In this document: positions 1 to 9,325 of the stretch, in pieces
How positions within the stretch are numbered: the stretch's first letter is position 1
Layout of the letters: each line of letters starts with the position of its first letter
Source: Synechocystis sp. PCC 6803 substr. PCC-P
Lineage (GTDB): Bacteria; Cyanobacteriota; Cyanobacteriia; Cyanobacteriales; Microcystaceae
Assembly: GCF_000284455.1 (NCBI RefSeq)
Contig: NC_017039.1
Coordinates: 2,550,001 to 2,582,000, forward strand
Direction of reading: 5' to 3'
Length of the DNA stretch: 32,000 nt
Made by a program: the position numbers and the translations under genes
Notes under the pieces: generated by a model
Database searches by the model: none
The model's input: only the letters and a program-made list of their open reading frames with translations
What the model was told of the DNA's origin: nothing

Positions 1-3
1 GCA

Positions 4-789
4 TTAATCTCCATTTTGGCTTTCGGCAAAGTAGGAGACTGGGTCATCGATGTGGGAGAAAGCATCGCTGATACTCTGTTTAAGATGATTAAAGGTCTCT
101 GTTATTGGGGAGTCTTGGTAGTCCGTGAACTCGATGATTTGAAAAGACTGGATTTCCATGTCATTCATTCTCCATTCGGCGTTCCCCCTGATGCCAACAA
201 TCTCATACAATCTTTGCCCAGCTTGACGAACGATCGCCTTTTTAGCATCACAGTAGAGTATTTTACCGGACATCATTTTGATCGCAACTTTGGGTTCACT
301 GCCGCCGACTCGAATGATTTCTCCGTAGAGTGTGGTTTCCCCTTGCATTGTAATAGATGCAGGAATTTCTAATGTTTGATTGATTGAGGTTAGATATTTA
401 CGACTCCCATTGACGGCATAAAATTCCGTATTAAATCCTCCTTTCTTAGAGAGTTGACGAATCTTGGCAATGCTTTCAACGGTTTTTGAGGGAAGAATTT
501 CGAGCTTGCGGGTCTCTATGCAATGGGAAACGGCTTCAAAGGCAGGAACCGTGATTTCGGGTAGACTAGGCTCATACTCCAGGATATAGCCATCACCTTT
601 AACGTTTTTCAGACCGACTATGATGTCATTGGTACGGATCTCGGAATGCTTATCATGAACGTAAGTGCTGATTATTTCTTCTGTCGCTGCAATTAATTCG
701 CCAATATCCTTCGACCTGACTTTGCCGGGGGATATCCCTGCTCCAGTCAAGCTTGTTTCAATCGTGGTATCTCCATAGCTTTGGGTCAT
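4..789 (-). CDS. conserved hypothetical protein (261 aa)
   Basis: Long intact ORF on the minus strand with stop at 4-6. The C-terminal half has a compact beta-rich pattern (LYGEIIRVGGSEPKVAIKMMSGKILYCDAKKAIVRQAGQRLYEIVGIRGNAEW). No family assigned. Confidence 0.7.
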   Translation of the reverse strand: MTQSYGDTTIETSLTGAGISPGKVRSKDIGELIAATEEIISTYVHDKHSEIRTNDIIVGLKNVKGDGYILEYEPSLPEITVPAFEAVSHCIETRKLEILPSKTVESIAKIRQLSKKGGFNTEFYAVNGSRKYLTSINQTLEIPASITMQGETTLYGEIIRVGGSEPKVAIKMMSGKILYCDAKKAIVRQAGQRLYEIVGIRGNAEWRMNDMEIQSFQIIEFTDYQDSPITETFNHLKQSISDAFSHIDDPVSYFAESQNGD

Positions 790-901
790 TGTAGGTTGGC
801 ACGGAGTTGATTGCGTGGCCTCTACAGTGAGAATAACAAGTAATCGACTCTGTGGATAGATGGGAGAGGGTCAGCTTATTTGCTTTTTTTGACACTGCGC
901 T

Positions 902-1165
902 ATGGGATCATTCTGTCTTCCCTTTCTTACTCCGGAGTTGACGGGGCTTTTTCTTGGTGGTAGTCGCCAGTGCTACCGATTAATTGCCGGTGTGATTGAG
1001 TTATGTCCAGAATTGGAATTAATATTAAAGGAAATGAGGCGCTTGGGATGGACTGAAGAACGGGGGAGAGGTTATTTGCAGGAAAATTTTCGCAAGCGTT
1101 CTAGATATGAGTTAACAATTGAGGAATGTCAACTGTTTTTATTTTACCCACAAAATTTGCTGTAA
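902..1165 (+). CDS. small hypothetical protein (87 aa)
   Basis: ORF in an otherwise empty intergenic region; the C-terminal part (LGWTEERGRGYLQENFRKRSRYELTIEECQLFLFYPQ) looks like real protein sequence. Start codon uncertain. Confidence 0.5.
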   Translation: MGSFCLPFLTPELTGLFLGGSRQCYRLIAGVIELCPELELILKEMRRLGWTEERGRGYLQENFRKRSRYELTIEECQLFLFYPQNLL

Positions 1166-1321
1166 TTATTTAACCTTGCTAGTGAGTTTTTCCTGAATGA
1201 TTGTTTGCTTATTGAGCAAATCATTTCGCTAGGCATTGGTAACATCTCTACAACTGCAGTTTTTTGATCGTAGGCGATCGCCAAAGGTACAGGTTAATTG
1301 GTTAACAAAAACTTTCTGGTT

Positions 1322-1615
1322 TTAAATAACAGGAAATACTTTGTAATAAATCATCACAAAAATAGTCAAGATATTAATGGCGTAGTTAAATAAAAGGGGC
1401 CACATATTAGCATCAGTTCTTGCCTGCTCATAAAGAACAAACACCAGCGTAAGGACTTCCCCGATAAACCACGATCCTAAAAACAAGGGAGACAAACCGT
1501 TAGCATTGCCATTCAGCCAACATTCGTAGGCCTGGGGGATGCCACAAACTGCCAACATGAAAGCGCCGATCCATCCTATGGCCCTGAGATTTTGATTTGC
1601 TGGTTCTTGTTGCAT
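1322..1615 (-). CDS. small PQ-loop/SemiSWEET-like membrane protein (97 aa)
   Basis: Three hydrophobic segments with a PQ-loop-like signature (AVCGIPQAYECW...NGLSPLFLGSWFIGE). Confidence 0.65.
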   Translation of the reverse strand: MQQEPANQNLRAIGWIGAFMLAVCGIPQAYECWLNGNANGLSPLFLGSWFIGEVLTLVFVLYEQARTDANMWPLLFNYAINILTIFVMIYYKVFPVI

Positions 1616-1787
1616 CGATGCTTTTTTAACGCTGGTTTAACAATGTGGAACGATTATCTGAATTTATCCAAATCCTATTTGCTCTAAAAGTTAATTAACC
1701 TTCCCATTTAGCCATTTTTAACCATTTGTTGACTTTCTCAGACTTTTTGGAGCCATGGGAGATTATTGTCAGTTTTTTGTTTTAGGG

Positions 1788-3266
1788 TCAATAAATTTCC
1801 TCCATTTTCTTGTCCTGGCCTAGGTTAAGCCGTTGGGCATTGGCCACTTCTCCACAACTGCGGGGGGTAGGAAAAAGCTTACCAGGATTAGCTAAGTTAT
1901 CAGGATTAAAACATTGTCTGACCCATTGCATTGTTTCTAAATCTACTTCGTTGAACATATTGGGCATAAAGCAATTTTTATCAATGCCAATGCCGTGTTC
2001 TCCGGATAAACTTCCCCCCAATTCCACACAGCGTTTAAGGATTTCTCCCCCCAATTCTTCCACTTTTTCCCAGGCTCCTGGTACTTTTTGATCATACAAA
2101 ATTAGGGGATGTAAATTACCGTCTCCGGCATGGAAAACATTGGCAATGGCAAAGCCATATTTCTTACTTAAATCATTAATGTCGCTTAAAATCTGTACCA
2201 ATTGAGTCCGGGGTACCACACCATCTTGGACAAAGTAACTGGGGCTTAGTTTACCCGCCGCCGCAAAGGCCGCTTTTCTTCCTTTCCACATTTTTAGGCG
2301 GGTTTCTTGGTCGTAGGCGATCGCCGTGTTGCGGGCTCCATTGTTGCGGCAAATTTCTTCTACTTTGGCTTGGTTTAATTCCACTTCGATGGGCAGACCG
2401 TCCAGTTCCACTAACAAAATGGCCGCCGCATCCCTGGGGTAACAATTGGTGGCCACCACGTCTTCCACCGCATTGATGCTGAAATTGTCCATAATTTCCA
2501 TGCCCGCTGGGACGATGCCCGCCGCAATGATATCGGCCACGGATTGGGCGGTGGCTTCGAGAGAAAGAAAATCCGCCAATACGACACAGATAGATTCTGG
2601 GGTTTTGAGAATTTTTAGGGTGATTTCTGTGGCGATGCCTAGGGTTCCTTCGGAACCAACAAATAAACCGGTTAAATCGTAGCCCGGCGTTTCGGGGACT
2701 TGCCCCCCTACTTCCACAATGGAGCCATCGGGAATAACCAGTTTCAAGCCCAGCACATGGTTGGTGGTGGTGCCATATTTCAAACAATGAACTCCACCGG
2801 AATTTTCCGCAATATTACCGCCAATGGAGCAGACAATCTGACTGGAAGGATCAGGGGCATAGTAAAAGCCAGCCCCACTAACGGTTTGGGTAACCCAGTT
2901 ATTCACCACCCCCGGCTGGACAACAATGGTCTGGTTGTCGTAATCTACTGCCAAAATTTGCCGCATGCGAGTGGTGACAATCAATAGGCTATCGGCCCCC
3001 GGCAAGGCTCCCCCCGATAACCCTGTGCCAGCCCCCCTGGCAATCCAAGGAATTTGGCGATCGTGACAAAGTTTCACTATTGTGGCTACCTGTTCCGTTG
3101 TGCGGGGCAAAACCACCAGGGCCGGCCGTTGTCGATAACCCGTTAAACCGTCGCATTCGTAGGTGAATAGCTCGTCTTTGCGTTTAATTACTCCATCCTG
3201 GCCAACAATTTTTTCGAGCTGGGGAATAATATCGGTAACGGCGTTGACGGGGGAGAAAATGGCCAT
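1788..3266 (-). CDS. glcD: FAD-linked oxidase, glycolate oxidase/dehydrogenase subunit GlcD-like
   Basis: 492-aa ORF with FAD-binding type 4 motifs (RGAGTGLSGGALP, GGNIAENSGGVHCLKYGTT, GLFVGSEGTLGI) and the C-terminal GEHGIGIDK motif. Confidence 0.9.
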   Translation of the reverse strand: MAIFSPVNAVTDIIPQLEKIVGQDGVIKRKDELFTYECDGLTGYRQRPALVVLPRTTEQVATIVKLCHDRQIPWIARGAGTGLSGGALPGADSLLIVTTRMRQILAVDYDNQTIVVQPGVVNNWVTQTVSGAGFYYAPDPSSQIVCSIGGNIAENSGGVHCLKYGTTTNHVLGLKLVIPDGSIVEVGGQVPETPGYDLTGLFVGSEGTLGIATEITLKILKTPESICVVLADFLSLEATAQSVADIIAAGIVPAGMEIMDNFSINAVEDVVATNCYPRDAAAILLVELDGLPIEVELNQAKVEEICRNNGARNTAIAYDQETRLKMWKGRKAAFAAAGKLSPSYFVQDGVVPRTQLVQILSDINDLSKKYGFAIANVFHAGDGNLHPLILYDQKVPGAWEKVEELGGEILKRCVELGGSLSGEHGIGIDKNCFMPNMFNEVDLETMQWVRQCFNPDNLANPGKLFPTPRSCGEVANAQRLNLGQDKKMEEIY

Positions 3267-3419
3267 GGTGGGGAAGGGAAAAGTACCTATGCCAAATTCT
3301 AGTGGATTTTGCGGTGGACAGCAGCGTCAGTAGTACAATAGGGAAACTAGCTAGCGAAATTACGATTATTTTCAGCTATCCATTTGTTCGGCCCAAACCC
3401 TCGTCAAATTTTCCCAAAT

Positions 3420-3743
3420 ATGAGCGAAGATTCCCCCAAACCAGAAAAAAAAGAACCTGTTCCTCCTACGCCCCTACGATGTTTGGTCGGTTCCGGCATT
3501 TCCGCGACCTTAGCTTGGGGTTTATATCTTTTGACTTCGGCGATCGCCGTTAGTTTTGCCAGTAAGCCGGTGTTGTCTGATAAGCCCATTGTCCAGCGCA
3601 TTGCTTCGGCGGTGAGAACTTTGGTGCTGGGATTAGCTTCCATGGGCACCTTTATTTTTGCCTTTGTGGCGATCGGCTTAATTTTGTTGATGGTTCAGTT
3701 AATTCTGCAAAAACAACCCGACCGTAATAATGGGGAAAGTTAG
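3420..3743 (+). CDS. DUF3082-like small membrane protein
   Basis: The track ORF starts at 3384, but ATG at 3420 (MSEDSPKPEKKE) is the more likely start. Two hydrophobic segments; similar to a cyanobacterial protein family I recall as DUF3082. Confidence 0.7.
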   Translation: MSEDSPKPEKKEPVPPTPLRCLVGSGISATLAWGLYLLTSAIAVSFASKPVLSDKPIVQRIASAVRTLVLGLASMGTFIFAFVAIGLILLMVQLILQKQPDRNNGES

Positions 3744-3907
3744 CTGGGGGAGTTTAGTTTTTCCAATCAACTTTAACGAAAAATCACCGTAAGAGCGTGC
3801 TTGAAAAGCCCCCAGCTCTAGCCATGGGGAGCATGTAAACCATGCAATTTGTAAAGTTGTGGAGCTAATTTCCCTCGTTATCTCTTCCATTTTAAACAAT
3901 TGATGGC

Positions 3908-4330
3908 CTAATTTAAATAAAGGATGCCCACGGCTAAGCCAATAATCATAGTAATAGCTATTAAAACTGAACTAAAAATCATAAAATTTCTGTCGAACTT
4001 GATAAACTGAGATACGAGTTTGTTTAATTTTGGATCATCGAATGAATCCATACTGTTGGAAAGTTTAATCAATGGTTTTAGGCGTTTATATCCCTTTGAA
4101 TAGGCCATATTGCCAACGTCTGGTTTCTGACGTATTTCCTCATAAATGTCCGGGTAATATTTTTTAATATATTCCATCAATTGATTATATTCTTGCAAAT
4201 ATTTGTAATTTAAAATGCAGACAGTAGCAGAAAAGACTAAAAGATAAAAAGCTATTGCCACTGGCACCGTAAGTTGTCCAATCTGAACTTTTCGACTGAA
4301 AATGGTAGTTATCTGATTAAAAGATGACAT
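3908..4330 (-). CDS. hypothetical protein with two transmembrane segments
   Basis: 140-aa ORF with hydrophobic segments VAIAFYLLVFSATVCILNY and FMIFSSVLIAITMIIGLAVGILYL. Confidence 0.6.
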   Translation of the reverse strand: MSSFNQITTIFSRKVQIGQLTVPVAIAFYLLVFSATVCILNYKYLQEYNQLMEYIKKYYPDIYEEIRQKPDVGNMAYSKGYKRLKPLIKLSNSMDSFDDPKLNKLVSQFIKFDRNFMIFSSVLIAITMIIGLAVGILYLN

Positions 4331-4640
4331 TTAATTCCGACCTCCAATGAGTGATTGTAAGCAGATGATTATTCTGAGTTAAGTGTATATCTTAATAACA
4401 AACATTGGGTTGCTAATGTAATTTGAACAGAAACTAAAGAAATCATCATTTTCTTAATTTAAATTCACTATTTTACCATTGCCATTGGTCGGCACGGGAG
4501 TGTATAAATGGCACTACCATATTGTTGAAAAACTAGACAAGCTCAGAGAACTGTATCTGTTTTTATGGCTGAGTTTGTCAGGATATGGACAAAGTTAGCC
4601 TAGTCTTTTGCCACGGCCATTTCTTATTGGGATAAAAGCG

Positions 4641-6146
4641 ATGAGTTATCTGAACCTAGACACATTCATGACATTGGTTTTACCTAAACTCTTACGCATG
4701 ACCCTGGTTAGTTTTGTAATTGCCAGTGTTGTGGGGTCAGTGGTGGGCTGGATCGCTACTCTAATTTGGCGGGGAAAAAATTTATCGGATTTATCAGATT
4801 CTCCCAACCCCAGGGGATGGTTAATCAAACCGGCCATATTTGGCTCCTTCATTGGTATGGTACTCATCGGCCTATTACCCATCGAAGCGAATCCAGCTTC
4901 CCTTGTTGGTGGCCCCTATTCGGGGCTGTGGTTTTTGATGATGTTTGTGTTTTTAGCTCCCCTCGGTTCCATTGCTGGGGCCGTTATCGGTGCAACCCTG
5001 GGAACTAAGCAGTTTTCTCAAATTAAGCGGGAAAAGTTAATTGGCATTGTTTTACTGTTAACCTACTTTTTTGCCACTGTTGTCCTTTATGTTGGCCTGG
5101 CTCCCCCGGCATTGGTCATGGAAAAACCGACCGGAAATGATCCTTTTCCGGTGGTAGGTGAACTGAAGGGTTATGAAAGTGGGCCTAAAGACCTTGCCCT
5201 CAGTGATAACGGTCAACAACTGGCGGTGGTAACGGTGCGATATGGGGAAGACAAGGTTGAAATTTGGGATTTGCCCCGCAAAAAGGTTTTATATTCCTTT
5301 AAGACCAAGCCCAATAGCTCAGTAACCCTAAAAGATATTCTTTCATCTCTAGAATTTAGCAAGGATGGCCAACAGTTAATCACTGCGGCTGTTCAGCAAG
5401 TGCAGGTGCGGGATTTAACCAACGGTGCAGTGCAAATGCGCTTAGAAGGAGGAGAATTAGCCTATCCGATCGCCGATAATAAGCTGGTAACGTTGGCGTC
5501 GGTGGATGCCTGGGCAAATGAGCCAGAACCCCATAACATCAAGGTTTGGGACTTAGACACCGGGAAATTATTGCAAACCATTAATGCCGATCTGGCCCCC
5601 ACGGAACGATTCAGTGTGCCCATTGCAATTAGTCCTGATGGTCGTTTAGTGGCTTTTCCCCCCGGACTTTATAGCGATCGCATTGAAATTTGGGATATAG
5701 GCAACCAGAAACAAGTTACAGCCCTAACCAGTAACCAGCCAGCGGGGGTTTTGTCCCTGGCATTTTCCCCGGATGGAGAACAATTGGCCGTTGCTCTGGG
5801 TCAAGGTGCCCCCCTTTCCGTTTGGGATTGGCGATCGCCAAAGCAAGTCAAGACCATTGCCAAGGCTGACCGGGCTGAAGTTTTGTATTGGACGGAACAG
5901 GGAATTTTTGTGGGTAGCGATGGTGCTTTCCAGGTGTGGGATCCACAAACGGGAGAGGCTCGGCAAAAGCTGGATTTACAACCAACAGAGGAAAGGGCAA
6001 AGAGTGATCTCCGATTTCCCCTTGGCCCCTCGGCTCTGAGCGCTGACCGTACAACTCTGGCGGTTTATATTCCTCAACAAGGTATCCGGGTCTGGCGGGT
6101 TGAGGTGGCCCCAAAAAAGCGGACAGGGGAGAAAGCTCTAAACTAA
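4641..6146 (+). CDS. membrane-anchored WD40-repeat protein
   Basis: The track ORF opens at a TTG (4608); ATG at 4641 (MSYLNLDTF) is a likelier start. Several N-terminal TM segments are followed by WD-type repeats (VEIWDLPRKK, NIKVWDLDTGK, IEIWDIGNQK, LSVWDWRSPK, FQVWDPQTGE). Confidence 0.8.
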   Translation: MSYLNLDTFMTLVLPKLLRMTLVSFVIASVVGSVVGWIATLIWRGKNLSDLSDSPNPRGWLIKPAIFGSFIGMVLIGLLPIEANPASLVGGPYSGLWFLMMFVFLAPLGSIAGAVIGATLGTKQFSQIKREKLIGIVLLLTYFFATVVLYVGLAPPALVMEKPTGNDPFPVVGELKGYESGPKDLALSDNGQQLAVVTVRYGEDKVEIWDLPRKKVLYSFKTKPNSSVTLKDILSSLEFSKDGQQLITAAVQQVQVRDLTNGAVQMRLEGGELAYPIADNKLVTLASVDAWANEPEPHNIKVWDLDTGKLLQTINADLAPTERFSVPIAISPDGRLVAFPPGLYSDRIEIWDIGNQKQVTALTSNQPAGVLSLAFSPDGEQLAVALGQGAPLSVWDWRSPKQVKTIAKADRAEVLYWTEQGIFVGSDGAFQVWDPQTGEARQKLDLQPTEERAKSDLRFPLGPSALSADRTTLAVYIPQQGIRVWRVEVAPKKRTGEKALN

Positions 6147-6168
6147 AAACCGCAACCGAGGAAAGTTT

Positions 6169-6249
6169 ATGAGCCAAAAGAAAAGACAGTATAGCGCCGA
6201 ATTCAATGCCACTTTGGCCTTGCAAGCAGTACAGCAAAGAGCGAGATAG
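6169..6249 (+). pseudogene. IS3-family OrfA transposase N-terminal remnant
   Basis: Translation MSQKKRQYSAEFNATLALQAVQQRAR* matches the start of IS3-type OrfA (M..KRR.YSAEFKA..ALEA...) and is then truncated. Confidence 0.55.
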
Positions 6250-6444
6250 TTAGGACAATTTTCTCAACGCTACATCAAATCCAGAAATCAGCGATTCTCC
6301 ATTACTAACAAGTTGGGAAACATAACGTTTTAGTTTCGCCCAGAACTTCTCAATTTTGTTCAAGTCCGGTGAATATGACGGTAAAAATATAACCTCACCC
6401 CCAGCTTTTGCTATATCACGCATAATCCCGATTAAAACCCCCAC
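6250..6444 (-). pseudogene. IS630-family transposase C-terminal remnant
   Basis: 64-aa fragment containing the IS630/DDE C-terminal signature FLPSYSPDLNKIEKFWAKLKRYV; the upstream part of the gene is missing. Confidence 0.8.
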
Positions 6445-6481
6445 AGGACTTACGCAAGATAGATGAGGTTAAGGTGGTAGG

Positions 6482-6640
6482 ATGACTTTTTTCACTCGTT
6501 TAGATTACTGTCAGTATTTACTGAGCAGTCCAACTAACTACACCCTAACAAACCTTGCCAAGCATCTCGATGGCGTGAGCCATGACCGAATTAAACGTTA
6601 CCTACAGGGAGTAAAACTGACTCCTCTCAACGGGTTGGAC
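6482..6640 (+). pseudogene. N-terminal remnant of an IS4/IS701-like transposase
   Basis: MTFFTRLDYCQYLLSSPTNYTLTNLAKHLDGVSHDRIKRYLQGVKLTP resembles the start of a common cyanobacterial transposase and then runs into unrelated sequence overlapping aspC. It is preceded by CAGGACTTACGCAAG, typical of cyanobacterial IS ends. The right boundary is approximate. Confidence 0.6.
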
Positions 6641-6646
6641 GGTTGC

Positions 6647-7822
6647 TCAAGCCAAAGTGCTGACAAACCGCTCTAACTCGGCCAAACCCTGTTTAATGGT
6701 GTCCATATCGGTAGCGTAGGAAAAACGCACACAGTCATCGGCTCCAAACGCCGCTCCAGGAATCACCGCCACCTGGTGGGATTCTAATAATCGGGCACTG
6801 AACTCCAGGGAATTAAGCCCCGTTTTAGCAATGTCCACAAAAACATAAAATGCTCCTTTCGGATTAGGACAACTCAGCCCTGCAATTTGATTGATGCCTT
6901 CCACTATCACCTGTCGTCTTTCTGTGAAGGCTTTGACCATGGTCTCCACACAGGTTTGGGGATTTTCCAGAGCGGCGATCGCCCCGTACTGGGCAAAGGT
7001 ACAAACGTTGGAGGTGCTATGGCCCTGGATGGTGCTACAGGCTTGGATTAAGGGTAATTCCCCCGCCAGGTAACCCACCCGCCAACCGGTCATGGAATAA
7101 CTTTTGGCAAAACCGTTACTAATGATGGTGCGTTGGAAAATCTCGTCGTTCACCGCACCAATGCTGAGGTGCTCTGTGCCATCGTAGAGAATGCGCTCAT
7201 AAATCTCATCGGAAACTACGTATAAATCCTCATATTCCAAAATCACCGCCGCCAAAGCCCTAATTTCGGCAGGAGTGTAAACTGCCCCGGTGGGATTGGA
7301 AGGAGAATTCAGCACAAACAGCTTACTTTTGGAGGTAATGGCCTGCCGTAGTTGCTCTGGGGTGATTTTGTAATCCGTGGCCGCTGTGGTGTTGACAATA
7401 ACTGGGGTTCCTTCGGCTAAACGCACCATTTCTGGATAACTGAGCCAATAGGGGGCGGGAATAATTACCTCATCCCCCTGCTCAATCATGGCTAGCATTA
7501 GGTTAAACAGGGAATGTTTACCCCCATTGGTCACCAAAATATTGGCCGCCTCGTAGGGCAAATTATTCTTTTCCCGTAACTTTTTGGCGATCGCCTGACG
7601 GAGGGCCGGTTCTCCGGCGGCGGGGCCATAGCGGGTCTTCCCTTCATCCAAGGCTAATTTGGCCGCCTCCACAATGTGGGGGGGAGTGGTAAAATCCGGT
7701 TCCCCAGCGGTAAAGCTAAGCACATCAATGCCCTCAGTCCGCATTGCCTTGGCCTTTGCCGTAATTTCAAGGGTGATGGAAGGCACAACTTGGCTAACTC
7801 GCTGGGTTAGTCGCATAATCAA
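6647..7822 (-). CDS. aspC: aspartate aminotransferase (class I PLP-dependent)
   Basis: 391 aa with [24 protein letters not shown] and [17 protein letters not shown] (PLP lysine region). Confidence 0.92.
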
Positions 7823-7938
7823 AACATCCCTGGGGTAAACAACAGCAAAAAATGGCTAAGGCTAGTCAGACAGAGCATGCCAACCCCAGCAAGGGAGCTG
7901 GAATTGAGCCGATTTAGATCAACACGATTAAGCTCAGT

Positions 7939-9132
7939 TTAAATAATCGCATTGGGGTCTTCATTGCGGGCCACGGAAACTACCCGTTCTGTCATGGGAA
8001 CATAAGATAAATTATGGTCACCGATGTAAATTTGGGTAGGACGGTAAATTTTATTGACTGATAATTGTTCCTTCCAGTGGGCCAACCAACCCGCCACCCT
8101 GGCGATCGCAAATAGGGGCGTAAACAGATCGGCGGGGATGTCTAGCTTGCGGTAAACCAAACCGGAATAGAAGTCCACATTGGGGTAAATGCCCTTTTGA
8201 CCCACGTATTCTTCCACTACTTTTTCCAACTCCACTGCGATTTCGTAATATTCGTCGTGGCCCATTTTGGCAAATAACTGTTCAGCCAAATCCTGCAAAA
8301 TAATTGCCCGGGGGTCTTTGACTTTATAAACTCGGTGGCCAAAGCCCATGATGCGCTGTTTGTTGGCCAGGCATTTTTCCACGTAGGGGCGGACATTTTC
8401 CACTGAGCCAATTTCTTCAAGCATATTTAGCACTTCTTCGTTGGCTCCCCCGTGGAGCGGCCCCGCCAAAGTCCCCACCGCCGAGGCAACCACTGCATAG
8501 GGATCCGTGAGAGTAGAAGCCGTTACCCGGGCCGAAAAGGTGGACGCATTCATGGTGTGCTCAGCATGGAGGGTCAAACACACATCAAACACTTTGGCGG
8601 CAAAGGGGTCTGGCTCCTTCTCCGTCAGCATGTAAAGGAAGTTGGAAGCGTAATCCAATTTATCATTGGGCTGAATGGGATCGTTACCCTCCCGGATCAT
8701 GTGGAAAGCTGCCACCATGGTGGGGATTTTGGCTAACAGACGCACCACCGCCGCCCGGATATATTTGGGGTCATCCAAGGCCCGTCGAGCATAGAACAAT
8801 CCCAAGGCCGCCGCTGAAGTTTGCAAGGCATCCATGGGGTGCCCTGTTTCGGGAAAACATTTCATCATGTCCCGGATGTGGTACTTAATGCGTCGATGGG
8901 TGCGAATTTCGTACTCAAACTCTTCGATCTCTGCCTGGGTGGGCAATTTACCCCAGATGAGCAGATAGGCTACTTCGATAAAACTACTGGATTTGGCTAA
9001 TTCTTCGATGCGAATGCCCCGGTACTCCAAAATACCGTCGGTGCCATCCACATGGCTCACCCTCGATTTAGCGGCGGGGACTCCGGCTAGGCCTTCTTTA
9101 AACACTTCGTTATCAGTCATCATATAATTCAC
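7939..9132 (-). CDS. gltA: citrate synthase
   Basis: 397 aa with GLAGVPAAKSRVSHVDGTDGILEYRG, LHAEHTMNASTFSARV, GPLHGGANEEV, GFGHRVYKVKDPRA. Confidence 0.95.
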   Translation of the reverse strand: MNYMMTDNEVFKEGLAGVPAAKSRVSHVDGTDGILEYRGIRIEELAKSSSFIEVAYLLIWGKLPTQAEIEEFEYEIRTHRRIKYHIRDMMKCFPETGHPMDALQTSAAALGLFYARRALDDPKYIRAAVVRLLAKIPTMVAAFHMIREGNDPIQPNDKLDYASNFLYMLTEKEPDPFAAKVFDVCLTLHAEHTMNASTFSARVTASTLTDPYAVVASAVGTLAGPLHGGANEEVLNMLEEIGSVENVRPYVEKCLANKQRIMGFGHRVYKVKDPRAIILQDLAEQLFAKMGHDEYYEIAVELEKVVEEYVGQKGIYPNVDFYSGLVYRKLDIPADLFTPLFAIARVAGWLAHWKEQLSVNKIYRPTQIYIGDHNLSYVPMTERVVSVARNEDPNAII

Positions 9133-9325
9133 CTATAACGGACAATGCCACTACTGTTGTTGCTTAGAGATTTGGATTAACAAAAAATTGCGCCGGCCCG
9201 GGCCAGCCTGTCCCCATATCCATATTAGGGAATCTGAAGGAATTCTGGAAATTTACCTTCACCCCTGGATTGAGCCCAGTACTGGTCCGACGAGCTTCGA
9301 TCATTCGATCAATTGTGGGCTAGAT

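Noticed and set aside
1204-1220. TTTGCT-TATTG-AGCAAA hairpin after the 87-aa ORF
   Set aside because: Only six AT-rich pairs in an AT-rich gap with no U tract; too weak to call a terminator.
2251-2787. 178-aa minus-strand ORF inside glcD
   Set aside because: Same-strand alternative frame with His/Arg/Gly-rich translation; the glcD frame carries clear conserved motifs.
3699-3899. 66-aa minus-strand ORF overlapping the end of the DUF3082-like gene
   Set aside because: No recognisable protein pattern, overlaps a better-supported gene and the intergenic inverted repeat.
5848-6237. 129-aa minus-strand ORF crossing the WD40 3' end and the IS3 fragment
   Set aside because: Antisense to coding sequence and spans a junction; the translation is not protein-like.
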